IMG/VR virus record: IMGVR_UViG_3300035141_000033
Coordinates: 2,401-66,400 of that record
Length of the DNA stretch: 64,000 nucleotides
From: a virus
Taxonomy: Duplodnaviria > Caudoviricetes
Strand: one strand, 5' to 3'
The notes under the pieces were generated by a model. It did not search any database, had not been told where the DNA came from, and worked only from the letters and a program-made list of their open reading frames with translations. A program made the position numbers and the translations under genes. Shown in pieces: positions 9,050-18,065 of this stretch (positions within the stretch are counted from its first letter, which is position 1; the number at the start of each line of letters is the position of its first letter).

Positions 9050-9195
9050 TTTAATTACCTCTTTTATTACTTATTAACTAATTTAAATATAATAATAAAG
9101 TAATAAAAAGTCAAGTATTTTTTTAAAAAAAATACTGAAATACTAAAAAAAGTAACACTTTTTCTTAAAACCATATATAATATAAGTATAAGAGT
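9047..9195. promoter_or_regulatory. back-to-back class A (minus) and class B (plus) promoter cassette
   Basis: Near-identical to 11390-11533. Confidence 0.8.
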
Positions 9196-9290
9196 GTTTA
9201 TTTTTTTGATAGGGAGTAAACACAACCTTTATTAACTATTAACTTAAATATACGGTAGTAATTTAATTATTGCTGTATATTTTCTTTATA
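9194..9290 (+). ncRNA. candidate small RNA (two hairpins plus U-tract)
   Basis: Hairpins 9194-9223 and 9246-9282 with G-U pairs valid only on the plus strand, immediately downstream of a class B promoter. Confidence 0.45.
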
Positions 9291-9376
9291 TTTTTTAAAA
9301 AAAAACTTGACTTTTAAAAAATACTTTTATATTTTATAAAAAAGTTAATAAATAATAAATAATAAAGGAGTTTACA

Positions 9377-9892
9377 ATGAACACAAATCAATTATATTTA
9401 GATCATCAAAAATTCATAAAACAGCAAAGTTGGTACTATGCTAAAAAGTACAATATTGACTTTGAAATAGTGGAAGGAAAAGCATTAGAACTTTTCTGTA
9501 CTGCATGTCAAACTTGGAAAAAGAATAAAAGTAAATTTATCACTTATCTTTATTATAAATTTCAATTGTTAAATAATTTTTGCAAAAGTTTCAAAGAAAA
9601 AGAAATAAAATATATTTTGTTTTCTGAAATAATTGAAGAACTTTATTATTATGAACCCTCTATTAAATTTGAATTAGAAAACGCAATAAATACAGAATTA
9701 AGTTCAGATAGTGCTTTATTAGTTTATTCCATTCTACAAGGAAGGTTTACAGAAACAGTGGTATACCAAGGAACAGGATTTAGAAAAAAATTAATAAGAG
9801 AAAAATTTGGATGGTCTACAAAAAAAATAAGAAAATTATTTAATGAAATTAAAATATGGTGGAAAGTTTACGAAGAAAATTATATTTATTAG
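9377..9892 (+). CDS. sigma-factor-like transcription regulator
   Basis: Sigma70 region-2-like segment (YYAKKY..DFE..ALELF...KSKFITYLY) and C-terminal HTH-like segment. Confidence 0.5.
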   Translation: MNTNQLYLDHQKFIKQQSWYYAKKYNIDFEIVEGKALELFCTACQTWKKNKSKFITYLYYKFQLLNNFCKSFKEKEIKYILFSEIIEELYYYEPSIKFELENAINTELSSDSALLVYSILQGRFTETVVYQGTGFRKKLIREKFGWSTKKIRKLFNEIKIWWKVYEENYIY

Positions 9893-9903
9893 GAGGTTAA
9901 AAG

Positions 9904-10167
9904 ATGAATGAAGAAGAATATAAAAAACAAAAAGATTTATTTAAATATCATAATGAGCCTCATTTAGAAAAAGATTTTGAAGATGATATTCCAGAATTGA
10001 GATTTTATGATTATTATGGATATGAATTATATATAAAAGGAAATATTGTTGAATTTTACAATGATAGATTAGAAGAAGAAAGTTGCAAAATGGAGTTTAA
10101 TGAATTTTATCAATTATTAATAAAATATAAAAAAATCTGGGAGTCAAGAAGAATTGAAAATTTTTAG
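9904..10167 (+). CDS. hypothetical protein
   Basis: 87-aa ORF with AGGAGG RBS. Confidence 0.7.
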   Translation: MNEEEYKKQKDLFKYHNEPHLEKDFEDDIPELRFYDYYGYELYIKGNIVEFYNDRLEEESCKMEFNEFYQLLIKYKKIWESRRIENF

Positions 10168-10222
10168 GAGAGAAAAATGAAAAAGTATAAAATACAAATT
10201 GAATTGTTGGAATTGATCTTAA

Positions 10223-11119
10223 ATGTTTAATGCAGAAAGATTTTTAAAAGATTATGAAATACCTTATATCACCTCTGGCAGTCATTGTTCTACTGGATGG
10301 ATAAATATAAACTGTCCTATGTCTGGATGCTCTGATTCTAATTTTCATGGAGGGATAAATTTACAAGGAGGATATTACCATTGTTGGAAATGTGGCGGAT
10401 CCTCCTTAGTGAATATTATTAGAACTTTATTACTTCTTTCTTTTTCAGAAGCTTCTAATTTGATAAATGAATATAGTGTTAAAAATAAAATATTAAATTC
10501 TTTAAATAAGAAAATCAAACATGTTTCTAAAATAGAAATGCCAGGTGGTTCTTTTTCTAAGATACATAAAAAATATTTAAGGAAAAGAAACTTTGATCCC
10601 GATTATATTCAAAAGAAATATAAAGTAGATGGATGCATTGCTACTCCTAGAAATTTTAAATATAGACTTATGATTCCCATTTTCCATAACAACAAACTAA
10701 TTAGTTATCAAGGACGCGATGTGACTAATAAACAAACTCTTAGATATAAAGGTTGTAAATTAGATCAGTCGGTTATGAACTACAAATATACTCTATATGG
10801 ATTAGAGAATACTAATACAGAAAAAATAGCAGTAGTAGAAGGAATATTTGATCAATGGAGAATGGGTGATGGTTTTGTTGCTACTTTTGGAACCGCTTTA
10901 ACCAATTACCAAATCAAATTGTTAAGTAATTTTAAAAAAGTGTATTTTTTGTTTGATTCTGAACCCCATACGCAAGCTAAAGCTGCACGATTCGGGGCTG
11001 AGCTTAACGCTATCGGGTGTGAAACGGAAATCATAGACTTGGAGTTGGGAAATCGTGATTGTGGCGATTTAACGCCAAAAGAAGCCCAATGCATAAGAAA
11101 AGAATTGGGCTTTGTTTAA
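10223..11119 (+). CDS. DNA primase (Zn-finger plus TOPRIM)
   Basis: CP..GC..S..H and CWKCG Zn motif; VVEGIFD, FGT and LFDSE TOPRIM motifs. Confidence 0.88.
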   Translation: MFNAERFLKDYEIPYITSGSHCSTGWININCPMSGCSDSNFHGGINLQGGYYHCWKCGGSSLVNIIRTLLLLSFSEASNLINEYSVKNKILNSLNKKIKHVSKIEMPGGSFSKIHKKYLRKRNFDPDYIQKKYKVDGCIATPRNFKYRLMIPIFHNNKLISYQGRDVTNKQTLRYKGCKLDQSVMNYKYTLYGLENTNTEKIAVVEGIFDQWRMGDGFVATFGTALTNYQIKLLSNFKKVYFLFDSEPHTQAKAARFGAELNAIGCETEIIDLELGNRDCGDLTPKEAQCIRKELGFV

Positions 11120-11131
11120 AATCTGTTTATT

Positions 11132-11392
11132 CTAATTTATTTTAAATTTAACATACCAATGAGAACTATTAGCAACAGAAGCACCGCCTTTGAAAGACTT
11201 CCAAATTTCTCCATAGTCAATAATTTCTATAAAAAGATTTAAGTCTAATAGTTTATTTTCTATTTCATTTTTGAACATTTCTGGTGTTCTTCCGCTGGTA
11301 TAAAAAAATCCTTTTCTTGCAGTATAAACACCTTCTCTTTTTGAAAGGGTATCCGCATTTAATAACCTTTTTAATTTTGCTATTTTACTCAT
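11132..11392 (-). CDS. hypothetical protein driven by a class A cassette
   Basis: 86-aa ORF with the cassette RBS AAGGAGTAACAAAATG. Confidence 0.7.
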   Translation of the reverse strand: MSKIAKLKRLLNADTLSKREGVYTARKGFFYTSGRTPEMFKNEIENKLLDLNLFIEIIDYGEIWKSFKGGASVANSSHWYVKFKIN

Positions 11393-11540
11393 TTTGTTAC
11401 TCCTTTATTATTTATTAATTTAAATATAATAATAAAGGAATAAAAAGTCAAGCAATTTTTTAAAAAAAATACTGAAATACTAAAAAAAGTAACACTTTTT
11501 CCAAAAATCATATATAATATAAGTATAAGAGTAAAAAATG
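11390..11540. promoter_or_regulatory. back-to-back class A (minus) and class B (plus) promoter cassette
   Basis: Near-identical to 9047-9195; class A half matches 601-698. Confidence 0.8.
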
Positions 11541-11633
11541 TTTAAAAAAGGATATGCTTTTATTTTAATTAAGGAATATAAGGAATATAAGGAATATAAG
11601 GAATATAAGGAATATAAGGAATATAAGGAATAA
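11538..11633 (+). CDS. 31-aa leader ORF MFKKGYAFILI(KEY)6KE
   Basis: Read directly from sequence; stop lies 2 nt before the SbcC-like ATG. Confidence 0.45.
   Translation: MFKKGYAFILIKEYKEYKEYKEYKEYKEYKE
11571..11633 (+). repeat. 9-bp tandem repeat (AAGGAATAT) x6 plus AAGGAATAA
   Basis: Seven SD-like AAGGA units directly upstream of the ATG at 11636. Confidence 0.95.
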
Positions 11634-11635
11634 AA

Positions 11636-12709
11636 ATGATAACTAAAATTAAAATTAAAAATTTTCAATCTCATCCTGATACTGAATTAGAATTAGATCC
11701 AGGTATAAATATAATCACCGGTAGTAGTGACAATGGAAAAACTTCTATTTTTCGGGCATTGCATTGGACTATCTATAATCGACCTTCAGGTGATTCATTT
11801 ATTTCTAATTGGATTAAAGATGAAAAAGGTAATATTAAAAAAGAAGAACAAACTAGGATTGAGATTAATAAAAAAAATAAAAGTTTAGTTCGTTTTAAAA
11901 CAAAAAACAAAAACGGATATTTCATAAATGAAAAGGAATTAAACGCAATTGGAAAAGATGTTCCAGGAGAAGTTTCTACTTTCTTTAATTTAAATGAAGT
12001 TAATTTTCAACGTCAATTAGATGGTCCTTTTCTTTTCAACGATACACCAGGGCAGGTTGCTAAATTCTTAAACCAACTGGTAGATCTATCTGAAATTGAT
12101 AAATATTTATTTGCTATAGATTTAAAGAAAAGAAAAAATAATAACCAAATTAAAACATTAACTAAAAATGCTGAAGATTTAAGAAATAAATTATATGATT
12201 TGGATTGGGTGGATGATGCTAAAAAACTTTTAATTAAAGCTGAAGAAAACAATGAACTTATACACACTACATATAGGGACGAGTTGTCGCTTGAAAAATT
12301 ATTACAAAAATATAAAAAACAAAAAGAAATAATAAAGCAATTAAAATGGATAGATAAGGCAGTTTATCTTTTATCTTGTTTTTATGAAAACAATGAATTA
12401 TATACTGTCACATTTCAAAGAAAACAAAAAATAGATAAATTATTGAAAGAGTGTAAAGAAAATATTTCATTATTAGAAAATAATTTAGATATAGAAAAAA
12501 TAAATTGTTTAATAAAAAAATTAGAAAAATATCAAAATAAAATAAAGGATTTTAAAACTGAAAAAGAAATTTTAGATAAATGTATTTCATACCATAATAG
12601 CTTTTCTAATATGAAAAAAATAGCAAAAGAAGTAATAAAAACAGAAACAGAAAAATTACCGGATATATGCCCTACATGTGGCAGTACATTGGAGAATAAA
12701 AATGAGTAA
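11636..12709 (+). CDS. SbcC/Rad50-like ATPase, N-terminal half (Walker A, coiled coil, Zn hook)
   Basis: IKIKNFQSH, GSSDNGKTS, ends with CPTCG. Confidence 0.88.
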   Translation: MITKIKIKNFQSHPDTELELDPGINIITGSSDNGKTSIFRALHWTIYNRPSGDSFISNWIKDEKGNIKKEEQTRIEINKKNKSLVRFKTKNKNGYFINEKELNAIGKDVPGEVSTFFNLNEVNFQRQLDGPFLFNDTPGQVAKFLNQLVDLSEIDKYLFAIDLKKRKNNNQIKTLTKNAEDLRNKLYDLDWVDDAKKLLIKAEENNELIHTTYRDELSLEKLLQKYKKQKEIIKQLKWIDKAVYLLSCFYENNELYTVTFQRKQKIDKLLKECKENISLLENNLDIEKINCLIKKLEKYQNKIKDFKTEKEILDKCISYHNSFSNMKKIAKEVIKTETEKLPDICPTCGSTLENKNE

Positions 12710-13586
12710 ATATATCGTTACTGCAGATTGGCATTTAAGAAAAACTCCTCCTAGGTGTAGATTGGAAAAAGAGAAAGAATGGTTGGAATTCCAGTTTTCT
12801 TTACTTCTTTTTATTTTAGAAAATTGTGTTAGGTATAAAGCAGATCTTATTATTGCTGGTGATATCTTTGATAAAGCACAACCTGGTATTGAATTAATAA
12901 ATCTTTGTTCAGATTTACTTAGAACTTTTTTTAAAGAGCAAGGATATAAAAATAAAATTATTGCTTGTGCTGGAAATCACGATTTACCTTATCATAATTT
13001 TGATAATTTTTGGAATTCTGGTTTTGGTACCTTATTAGTACACGAAAGTATTCAAGATAAAAATGATAAAATAGATATAGAACATTTTAATACCAATAAA
13101 AATAATACCAAAAATATGGTTATATGTCATCATTTGGTATATGAAAAAGAAGTTCCTCTATATATAGAAGGAATGACAGCAAAAGAAACATTAGAAATGT
13201 ATGCTAACGCAAATTGGATATTTTGTGGAGATAATCATTCTGGTTTTCATCATGAACAAAATGGAAGGCATGTTATTGTTCCAGGTTCTATTTATATCGA
13301 TAGTGCTGATAGAAAAAAGTATAAACCTTGTGTTTGGTTTGTTGATACTGAAACTGAAGAAATAAAACAAATATTTTTACCAAATCCAATTGAAATGATA
13401 ACTGATAATTATTTAAAAAAAGAAAAAGAACGAAATGAAAGACTAGATTCTTTTGTTGAAATTATAAAATCTAAAGGAGCTGTCTCTCTATCTTTTATAG
13501 AAAATTTAAAAAAGAAATTAACACTTTTAAGTTTTAATAATGAAGTTAAAAATTTAATAACGGAGATTCAAAATGAACTTGAATGA
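12678..13586 (+). CDS. SbcD/Mre11-like metallophosphoesterase nuclease
   Basis: ADWH, AGDIFD, GNHD, HH and GDNH motifs; likely start at 12702. Confidence 0.9.
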   Translation: MAVHWRIKMSKYIVTADWHLRKTPPRCRLEKEKEWLEFQFSLLLFILENCVRYKADLIIAGDIFDKAQPGIELINLCSDLLRTFFKEQGYKNKIIACAGNHDLPYHNFDNFWNSGFGTLLVHESIQDKNDKIDIEHFNTNKNNTKNMVICHHLVYEKEVPLYIEGMTAKETLEMYANANWIFCGDNHSGFHHEQNGRHVIVPGSIYIDSADRKKYKPCVWFVDTETEEIKQIFLPNPIEMITDNYLKKEKERNERLDSFVEIIKSKGAVSLSFIENLKKKLTLLSFNNEVKNLITEIQNELE

Positions 13587-13812
13587 ATTTAATGAAATAA
13601 AACGTAAAATAGAAGATGCTAAAAATCAAAAAGTGGTAGCTGAAGCTAAAATAAAAGATATTGAAAAAGAATTAAAAGAAGAATTTGATATTGATAATAT
13701 TGAAGATGCTGAAAAATTACAGAATGAATTATCAAGTATGATGGCAAATTTAACAGAAAAAGAACAAGATTTAATACAACAATTAGATACATTATTAGAA
13801 GGTCAAATATGA
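13573..13812 (+). CDS. small coiled-coil protein
   Basis: Heptad-rich 79-aa ORF coupled to both neighbours. Confidence 0.7.
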   Translation: MNLNEFNEIKRKIEDAKNQKVVAEAKIKDIEKELKEEFDIDNIEDAEKLQNELSSMMANLTEKEQDLIQQLDTLLEGQI

Positions 13813-14423
13813 TTACTTTATTTGAAGCACAAGAAAAAATAAATCAACTAATTGGAAAACAAAAAGAAATACAAAGTAATTATTCCACCATTAAGGCGGA
13901 ATTAAAAGAACAAAAAAAACTATCTTCTGTTATAGAAGAAACTCAAGTCCTCTTACAACAAACAGCACAGGAAACTCAAAATCAATTAAGATTTCATTTA
14001 GAGGATATTATGCAAACTGGTTTAGAATTATGTTTTCCTGATATGTATACTGCTTGTGTTAGGTTTGAAAATAAAAGAGGAAAGACTGAATGTGATATCT
14101 TCTTAGAAAATAATGAAGGTTGTCGAATTAATCCAATTACTGATAATGGAGGTGGAGTTGTTGATATACTTTCTTTTTCTTTAAGGATGGCTTGTTGGGC
14201 TATTAGTAGCACGGATAATCTTATTATATTAGATGAACCATTTAAATTTTTATCTATTGAATTGAGACCTTTAGCTGGTGAATTATTACAAACATTATCA
14301 GAAAAATTAAAATTACAAATTATTATGATTACTCACGATGAGGACATGAAAGAAATTGCTGATAAAACTTTTATAGTGAAAAAGAATATTAAAACGGAAA
14401 AATCTAATATTTTTTTAAAATAA
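13809..14423 (+). CDS. SbcC/Rad50-like ATPase, C-terminal half
   Basis: Degenerate ABC signature NGGGVVD, Walker B ILDEP, H-loop MITHD. Confidence 0.88.
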   Translation: MITLFEAQEKINQLIGKQKEIQSNYSTIKAELKEQKKLSSVIEETQVLLQQTAQETQNQLRFHLEDIMQTGLELCFPDMYTACVRFENKRGKTECDIFLENNEGCRINPITDNGGGVVDILSFSLRMACWAISSTDNLIILDEPFKFLSIELRPLAGELLQTLSEKLKLQIIMITHDEDMKEIADKTFIVKKNIKTEKSNIFLK

Positions 14424-14429
14424 TCCAAT

Positions 14430-14532
14430 AAATCAGTATTTTTTTTAAAAAATTACTTGACTTTTTATTCCTTTATTATTATATTTAAATTAATAAATAA
14501 TAAATAATAAGTAATAAAGGAGTAACAAAATG
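14430..14532 (+). promoter_or_regulatory. class A promoter/RBS cassette
   Basis: TTGACT at 14457, 17-bp spacer, TATATT at 14480; AAGGAGTAACAAAATG. Confidence 0.85.
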
Positions 14533-14910
14533 ACAACATTAAAAGAAGATGTGAAAAAAATATTGGATAAAGTTGATTGGATAAGTATCCATTCAGAATA
14601 TGTTTTTGGAAATTATAATGATACGATAAATATATTTGATGATGGAACTTATGAAGTTTTAAGTTCAAATACAACTTATCAAAGTTATGAAAGAGTGATT
14701 GGAATTATTCAAATTCAAGGATTTGGTAATATTGACTATTTTGATTACCTGGACGGATGGGGAGAATGGAATGAAGAAAAGGAAATATTTATAACTAACG
14801 ATGGTCGTGAATTAACTCGAGAAGCAGCAATTCAAGAATGCATAGAAGACGGTGACTGGTCTTCTTATATCGAAGAATGGAAAAGAGAAATATTGGAAGA
14901 TGTTTGTTAG
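14530..14910 (+). CDS. hypothetical protein (early region)
   Basis: Acidic 126-aa ORF with strong RBS. Confidence 0.8.
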   Translation: MTTLKEDVKKILDKVDWISIHSEYVFGNYNDTINIFDDGTYEVLSSNTTYQSYERVIGIIQIQGFGNIDYFDYLDGWGEWNEEKEIFITNDGRELTREAAIQECIEDGDWSSYIEEWKREILEDVC

Positions 14911-15020
14911 ATATTTAGATTTTATAGAATTTGAAAATTTCATGAAAGAAAATAATGTGGAATGGGTTAAATATGCCAAAAATATAAGAGCTATGAAGAA
15001 ATAATATTGAATTTAATAAT

Positions 15021-15041
15021 TAAGCCCCCTCTCGGGGCTTA
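15021..15041. other. GC-rich hairpin (TAAGCCCC-N5-GGGGCTTA)
   Basis: 8-bp perfect inverted repeat in an intergenic region. Confidence 0.55.
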
Positions 15042-15071
15042 AAAAAGGAAATAATAAAGGAGTGTAACAGA

Positions 15072-15674
15072 ATGAAAAAAGAAGATGTGAAAAAAATAAA
15101 GTTAAGAAATTATGCTGATTATTTTGATACAGAGAAGAAGGAAGAGCAGGTTTATGAAATACCATCGTCTTTCTTTGAAAAAAGTGGTATTTATAAAGAA
15201 AAAAACGAAGAGTTTTTTTCTATCGTAAAGAATGAAAATTGTTTTTTCATTCCAAATGATGAAGATGAAGAGAATCTGTACTATGCACTCATGGCTGCGC
15301 AAAGAGCAGATGGAACTTGGAATTATATTCCTTTTCCAATTTTTGTAGAGGCTTTAAATGTGCCTTTGCTTGCAGATTATAGCTCTACGCAACTCACTTA
15401 TATTTTTAGTGGTTCCGAAATTCTTAATAAATGGGAATATCTGGAAGATATAATAACAGAAGAGCCAATAGATGAAACTAAATCTTCAAATGGGGGGGAT
15501 TACTATAGTGGATATAGAATAGAATACAATGAGCAGCGCTCATTGTATAGAGTAAGCTTTAATCATCTGCTCTATTCTGATTTTGCTTATCAAGGTTGGA
15601 CAGACTATGAATATATGAATGACCAGGAGTACTTAAACTGGAGAGCTGAGGTAATAAATGAATTAACTGAATGA
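15072..15674 (+). CDS. hypothetical protein
   Basis: 200-aa ORF; RBS block AATAATAAAGGAGTGTAACAGAATGAAAAA shared with the 15782 ORF. Confidence 0.8.
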   Translation: MKKEDVKKIKLRNYADYFDTEKKEEQVYEIPSSFFEKSGIYKEKNEEFFSIVKNENCFFIPNDEDEENLYYALMAAQRADGTWNYIPFPIFVEALNVPLLADYSSTQLTYIFSGSEILNKWEYLEDIITEEPIDETKSSNGGDYYSGYRIEYNEQRSLYRVSFNHLLYSDFAYQGWTDYEYMNDQEYLNWRAEVINELTE

Positions 15675-15781
15675 ACGATTTTTAACAATTTTGAAACGCC
15701 TTCGGGCGTCCGTCGGATGGTGGTTGAGCCAGAATTTTTTAATTACAGGATACAAAATAAATAATAAAGGAGTGTAACAGA

Positions 15782-16018
15782 ATGAAAAACAAAGAAAGAT
15801 GTATGGCAGAAGATTTATTGTCAAAGAAAAATTTTGAAGTTTTGTTAGAAGCTGTGCTAGATGTAAGATGGATTTCTGAGACTTATGAGAAAAAGTGGAT
15901 ATATGTTTCTTCTGTTGAACAACTTAAAAATGGACATATTTTATTTATGTCAAATGAAAGTTATGTGACATATATTGTGCCTAAGGGTGTTTTGGTTTTG
16001 TGTAAAGGTTTAAACTAA
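15782..16018 (+). CDS. hypothetical protein
   Basis: 78-aa ORF with the duplicated RBS block. Confidence 0.75.
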   Translation: MKNKERCMAEDLLSKKNFEVLLEAVLDVRWISETYEKKWIYVSSVEQLKNGHILFMSNESYVTYIVPKGVLVLCKGLN

Positions 16019-16067
16019 AATTGTGATTTAATATTTTCGTTATGATAAAATATTAAAAGGAGGTAAA

Positions 16068-16120
16068 TTAGATATTCCATTCTTTGTCTCGTGCGGATAT
16101 TTGCACGAGGGAATATCTAA
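16068..16120. ncRNA. bulged stem-loop in an intergenic region
   Basis: TTAGATATTCC/GGAATATCTAA (11 bp) plus CTCGTGC/GCACGAG (7 bp). Confidence 0.4.
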
Positions 16121-16208
16121 AAAATAAAGATGTACTGTTGCTTAATTGCACTAGTATAAAGCGAAAAAAAGGTAACTGATTTTAATAATACTTTATAAAA
16201 GGAGACAT

Positions 16209-16730
16209 ATGATGAAAAAATTAATATTGATATTACTTTTTTTAACAAATTGCATAGGGCAAAACGATGATTTTACAAACGAAACAATACAAGATCCTCC
16301 AGTAGATCCTACATCACCTTATGCTACATTGCAATCAGTTCCAATTATAACAGATTGTTCTATAGAAAATATCTGGGCTGAATATTTTACATTTACTTTG
16401 GATTTTTCTGAAACTGTAATCAATGAACCAGTATATGATAATTATTATTTAGGTGATATTTATGGAGATTATTTTATATTTGATGACCCTTCCAAATTTA
16501 ACGATCCATATAATATAGAAAATGATCCAATTAAATCAGGAGGATTTTTATTTGATTCTACAGACAAGACAGTTTCTCCAAATGTACCTAATGAGTATTT
16601 GGGGCAAACTGTTTATGTAGGTTTTGTTTTAAGATCTAGTATAAATGAAATTAGGGAAGGTGAAATTATTGGTTTGGGTAGAATTCCCTATAGTGAATGG
16701 TCCGTAATATATGAATGGAAGGTGGAGTAA
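16209..16730 (+). CDS. putative lipoprotein
   Basis: Signal peptide MMKKLILILLFLTNC ending in Cys, followed by a Pro/Asp/Thr-rich tether. Confidence 0.65.
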   Translation: MMKKLILILLFLTNCIGQNDDFTNETIQDPPVDPTSPYATLQSVPIITDCSIENIWAEYFTFTLDFSETVINEPVYDNYYLGDIYGDYFIFDDPSKFNDPYNIENDPIKSGGFLFDSTDKTVSPNVPNEYLGQTVYVGFVLRSSINEIREGEIIGLGRIPYSEWSVIYEWKVE

Positions 16731-16849
16731 TGAAAAAATTAGATAAACTTATTTTGGAATAGATTTAAATAAAGAACAAATATATATATATTTCGTGATG
16801 ATATAAAAACAAGAAAAACAAGAAAAAAAAGAACTATTGGAGGAATAAA

Positions 16850-17542
16850 ATGGGAAGAGAACTAAAAAGAGTTCCACTTGATTTTAAATGGCCACTTAAA
16901 CAAGTTTGGAAAGGTTATATTATTCCATATAGAAATCAAAAATGTAAAGCGTGTGATGGTACTGGATTAAATAAAGAAACTAAAAAATTATATGATGACT
17001 GGTATTCGTTTGATAAAGTAGAATATATAGAATTTGAAAATGGCAGACGTTATAATAATTTAGCTTGGTGTAATCATATTACGGAAGTAGAAGTGAAAGC
17101 ACTAGTAGAAGAAGGTAGATTAAAAGATTTTGATAATCCTACACCAAAAGAAGTCAATGAATGGAATAGAAAAAAAAGGCGAGGTCATGATGCTATAAAT
17201 CGTTGGATTTGTGTAAAAGCTAGAGCAAAACATTTAGGGGTTTATGGTCATTGTGACTATTGTAACGGTGAAGGTATTTTTTGGCATAATGATGAAATAA
17301 AAAAGTTAGCTGATGTATGGGAATCTTATGACCCCCCTGAAGGTGAAGGTTTTCAATTATGGGAAACTACATCTGAAGGAAGTCCTTCCTCTCCAGTTTT
17401 TAAAACATTAGAAGAATTATGCGAATGGTGTGAAAAAAACGCAACTGTAGTTGGCATAAAAAAGGTTACAAAAGAGAAATGGTTGGAAATGTTAAGCGAG
17501 GATTTTGTTGTATATAAAGAAGGGAATGTTCTTTTTTTATAA
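16850..17542 (+). CDS. conserved phage hypothetical protein with DnaJ-like Cys motifs
   Basis: CKACDGTG, CDYCNGEG and PPEGEGFQLWETTSEGSP. Confidence 0.75.
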   Translation: MGRELKRVPLDFKWPLKQVWKGYIIPYRNQKCKACDGTGLNKETKKLYDDWYSFDKVEYIEFENGRRYNNLAWCNHITEVEVKALVEEGRLKDFDNPTPKEVNEWNRKKRRGHDAINRWICVKARAKHLGVYGHCDYCNGEGIFWHNDEIKKLADVWESYDPPEGEGFQLWETTSEGSPSSPVFKTLEELCEWCEKNATVVGIKKVTKEKWLEMLSEDFVVYKEGNVLFL

Positions 17543-17678
17543 TAGAGGAATTATGAACGATAAATTAAAAGATTTACTTCTGTTAAAGAATATCAAAATA
17601 AACTCCGAATTGAAAAAAAACCACCAGGTATAATTGTTGGGAAGGATTTGATTGGAGAAGAAATTAAAATAAGAAAAT

Positions 17679-18062
17679 TTAAAAAGAAAAATGATAAGTA
17701 ATTCCTATATTTACCTGCCGAACATCATAATTATAGAATACGGTACCACTAAAAGAATTATTTATTCTATAATTATACCCAACCATTTTATGTAGGTTTT
17801 GATTGGTATACATAGAAATTGAATGATGATATAGTAATTTATATCTATTTATTTCTGTGGTGATTTGTCCTTTATCCTTTGCAACTGTTTTAATCCTTAT
17901 TCTATCTCTATATCTAACTACTTCTTTTACTTGTATTTTATCAGTATCGCCCTTAACTACATAATCAATATTAGGTTTCATTTCTTCTTTATTTATATCA
18001 TGTAATTTATACCCTCCAAATAATAAAAAACAAGAATATACAATAAATAAAAATACTTTCAT
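17679..18062 (-). CDS. membrane-anchored lysis-region protein (spanin-like candidate)
   Basis: N-terminal TM helix; amphipathic C-terminal strands ending in Phe; last gene of the lysis cassette. Confidence 0.4.
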   Translation of the reverse strand: MKVFLFIVYSCFLLFGGYKLHDINKEEMKPNIDYVVKGDTDKIQVKEVVRYRDRIRIKTVAKDKGQITTEINRYKLLYHHSISMYTNQNLHKMVGYNYRINNSFSGTVFYNYDVRQVNIGITYHFSF

Positions 18063-18065
18063 AAA

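Noticed and set aside
11480-11674. Minus-strand ORF with YSL repeats
   Set aside because: Antisense shadow of the AAGGAATAT repeat, with no RBS
17553-17700. Possible frameshifted ORF after the 16850 gene (MNDKLK... / RFTSVKEYQ...)
   Set aside because: Lys-rich and short, with no valid slippery site or recognisable family
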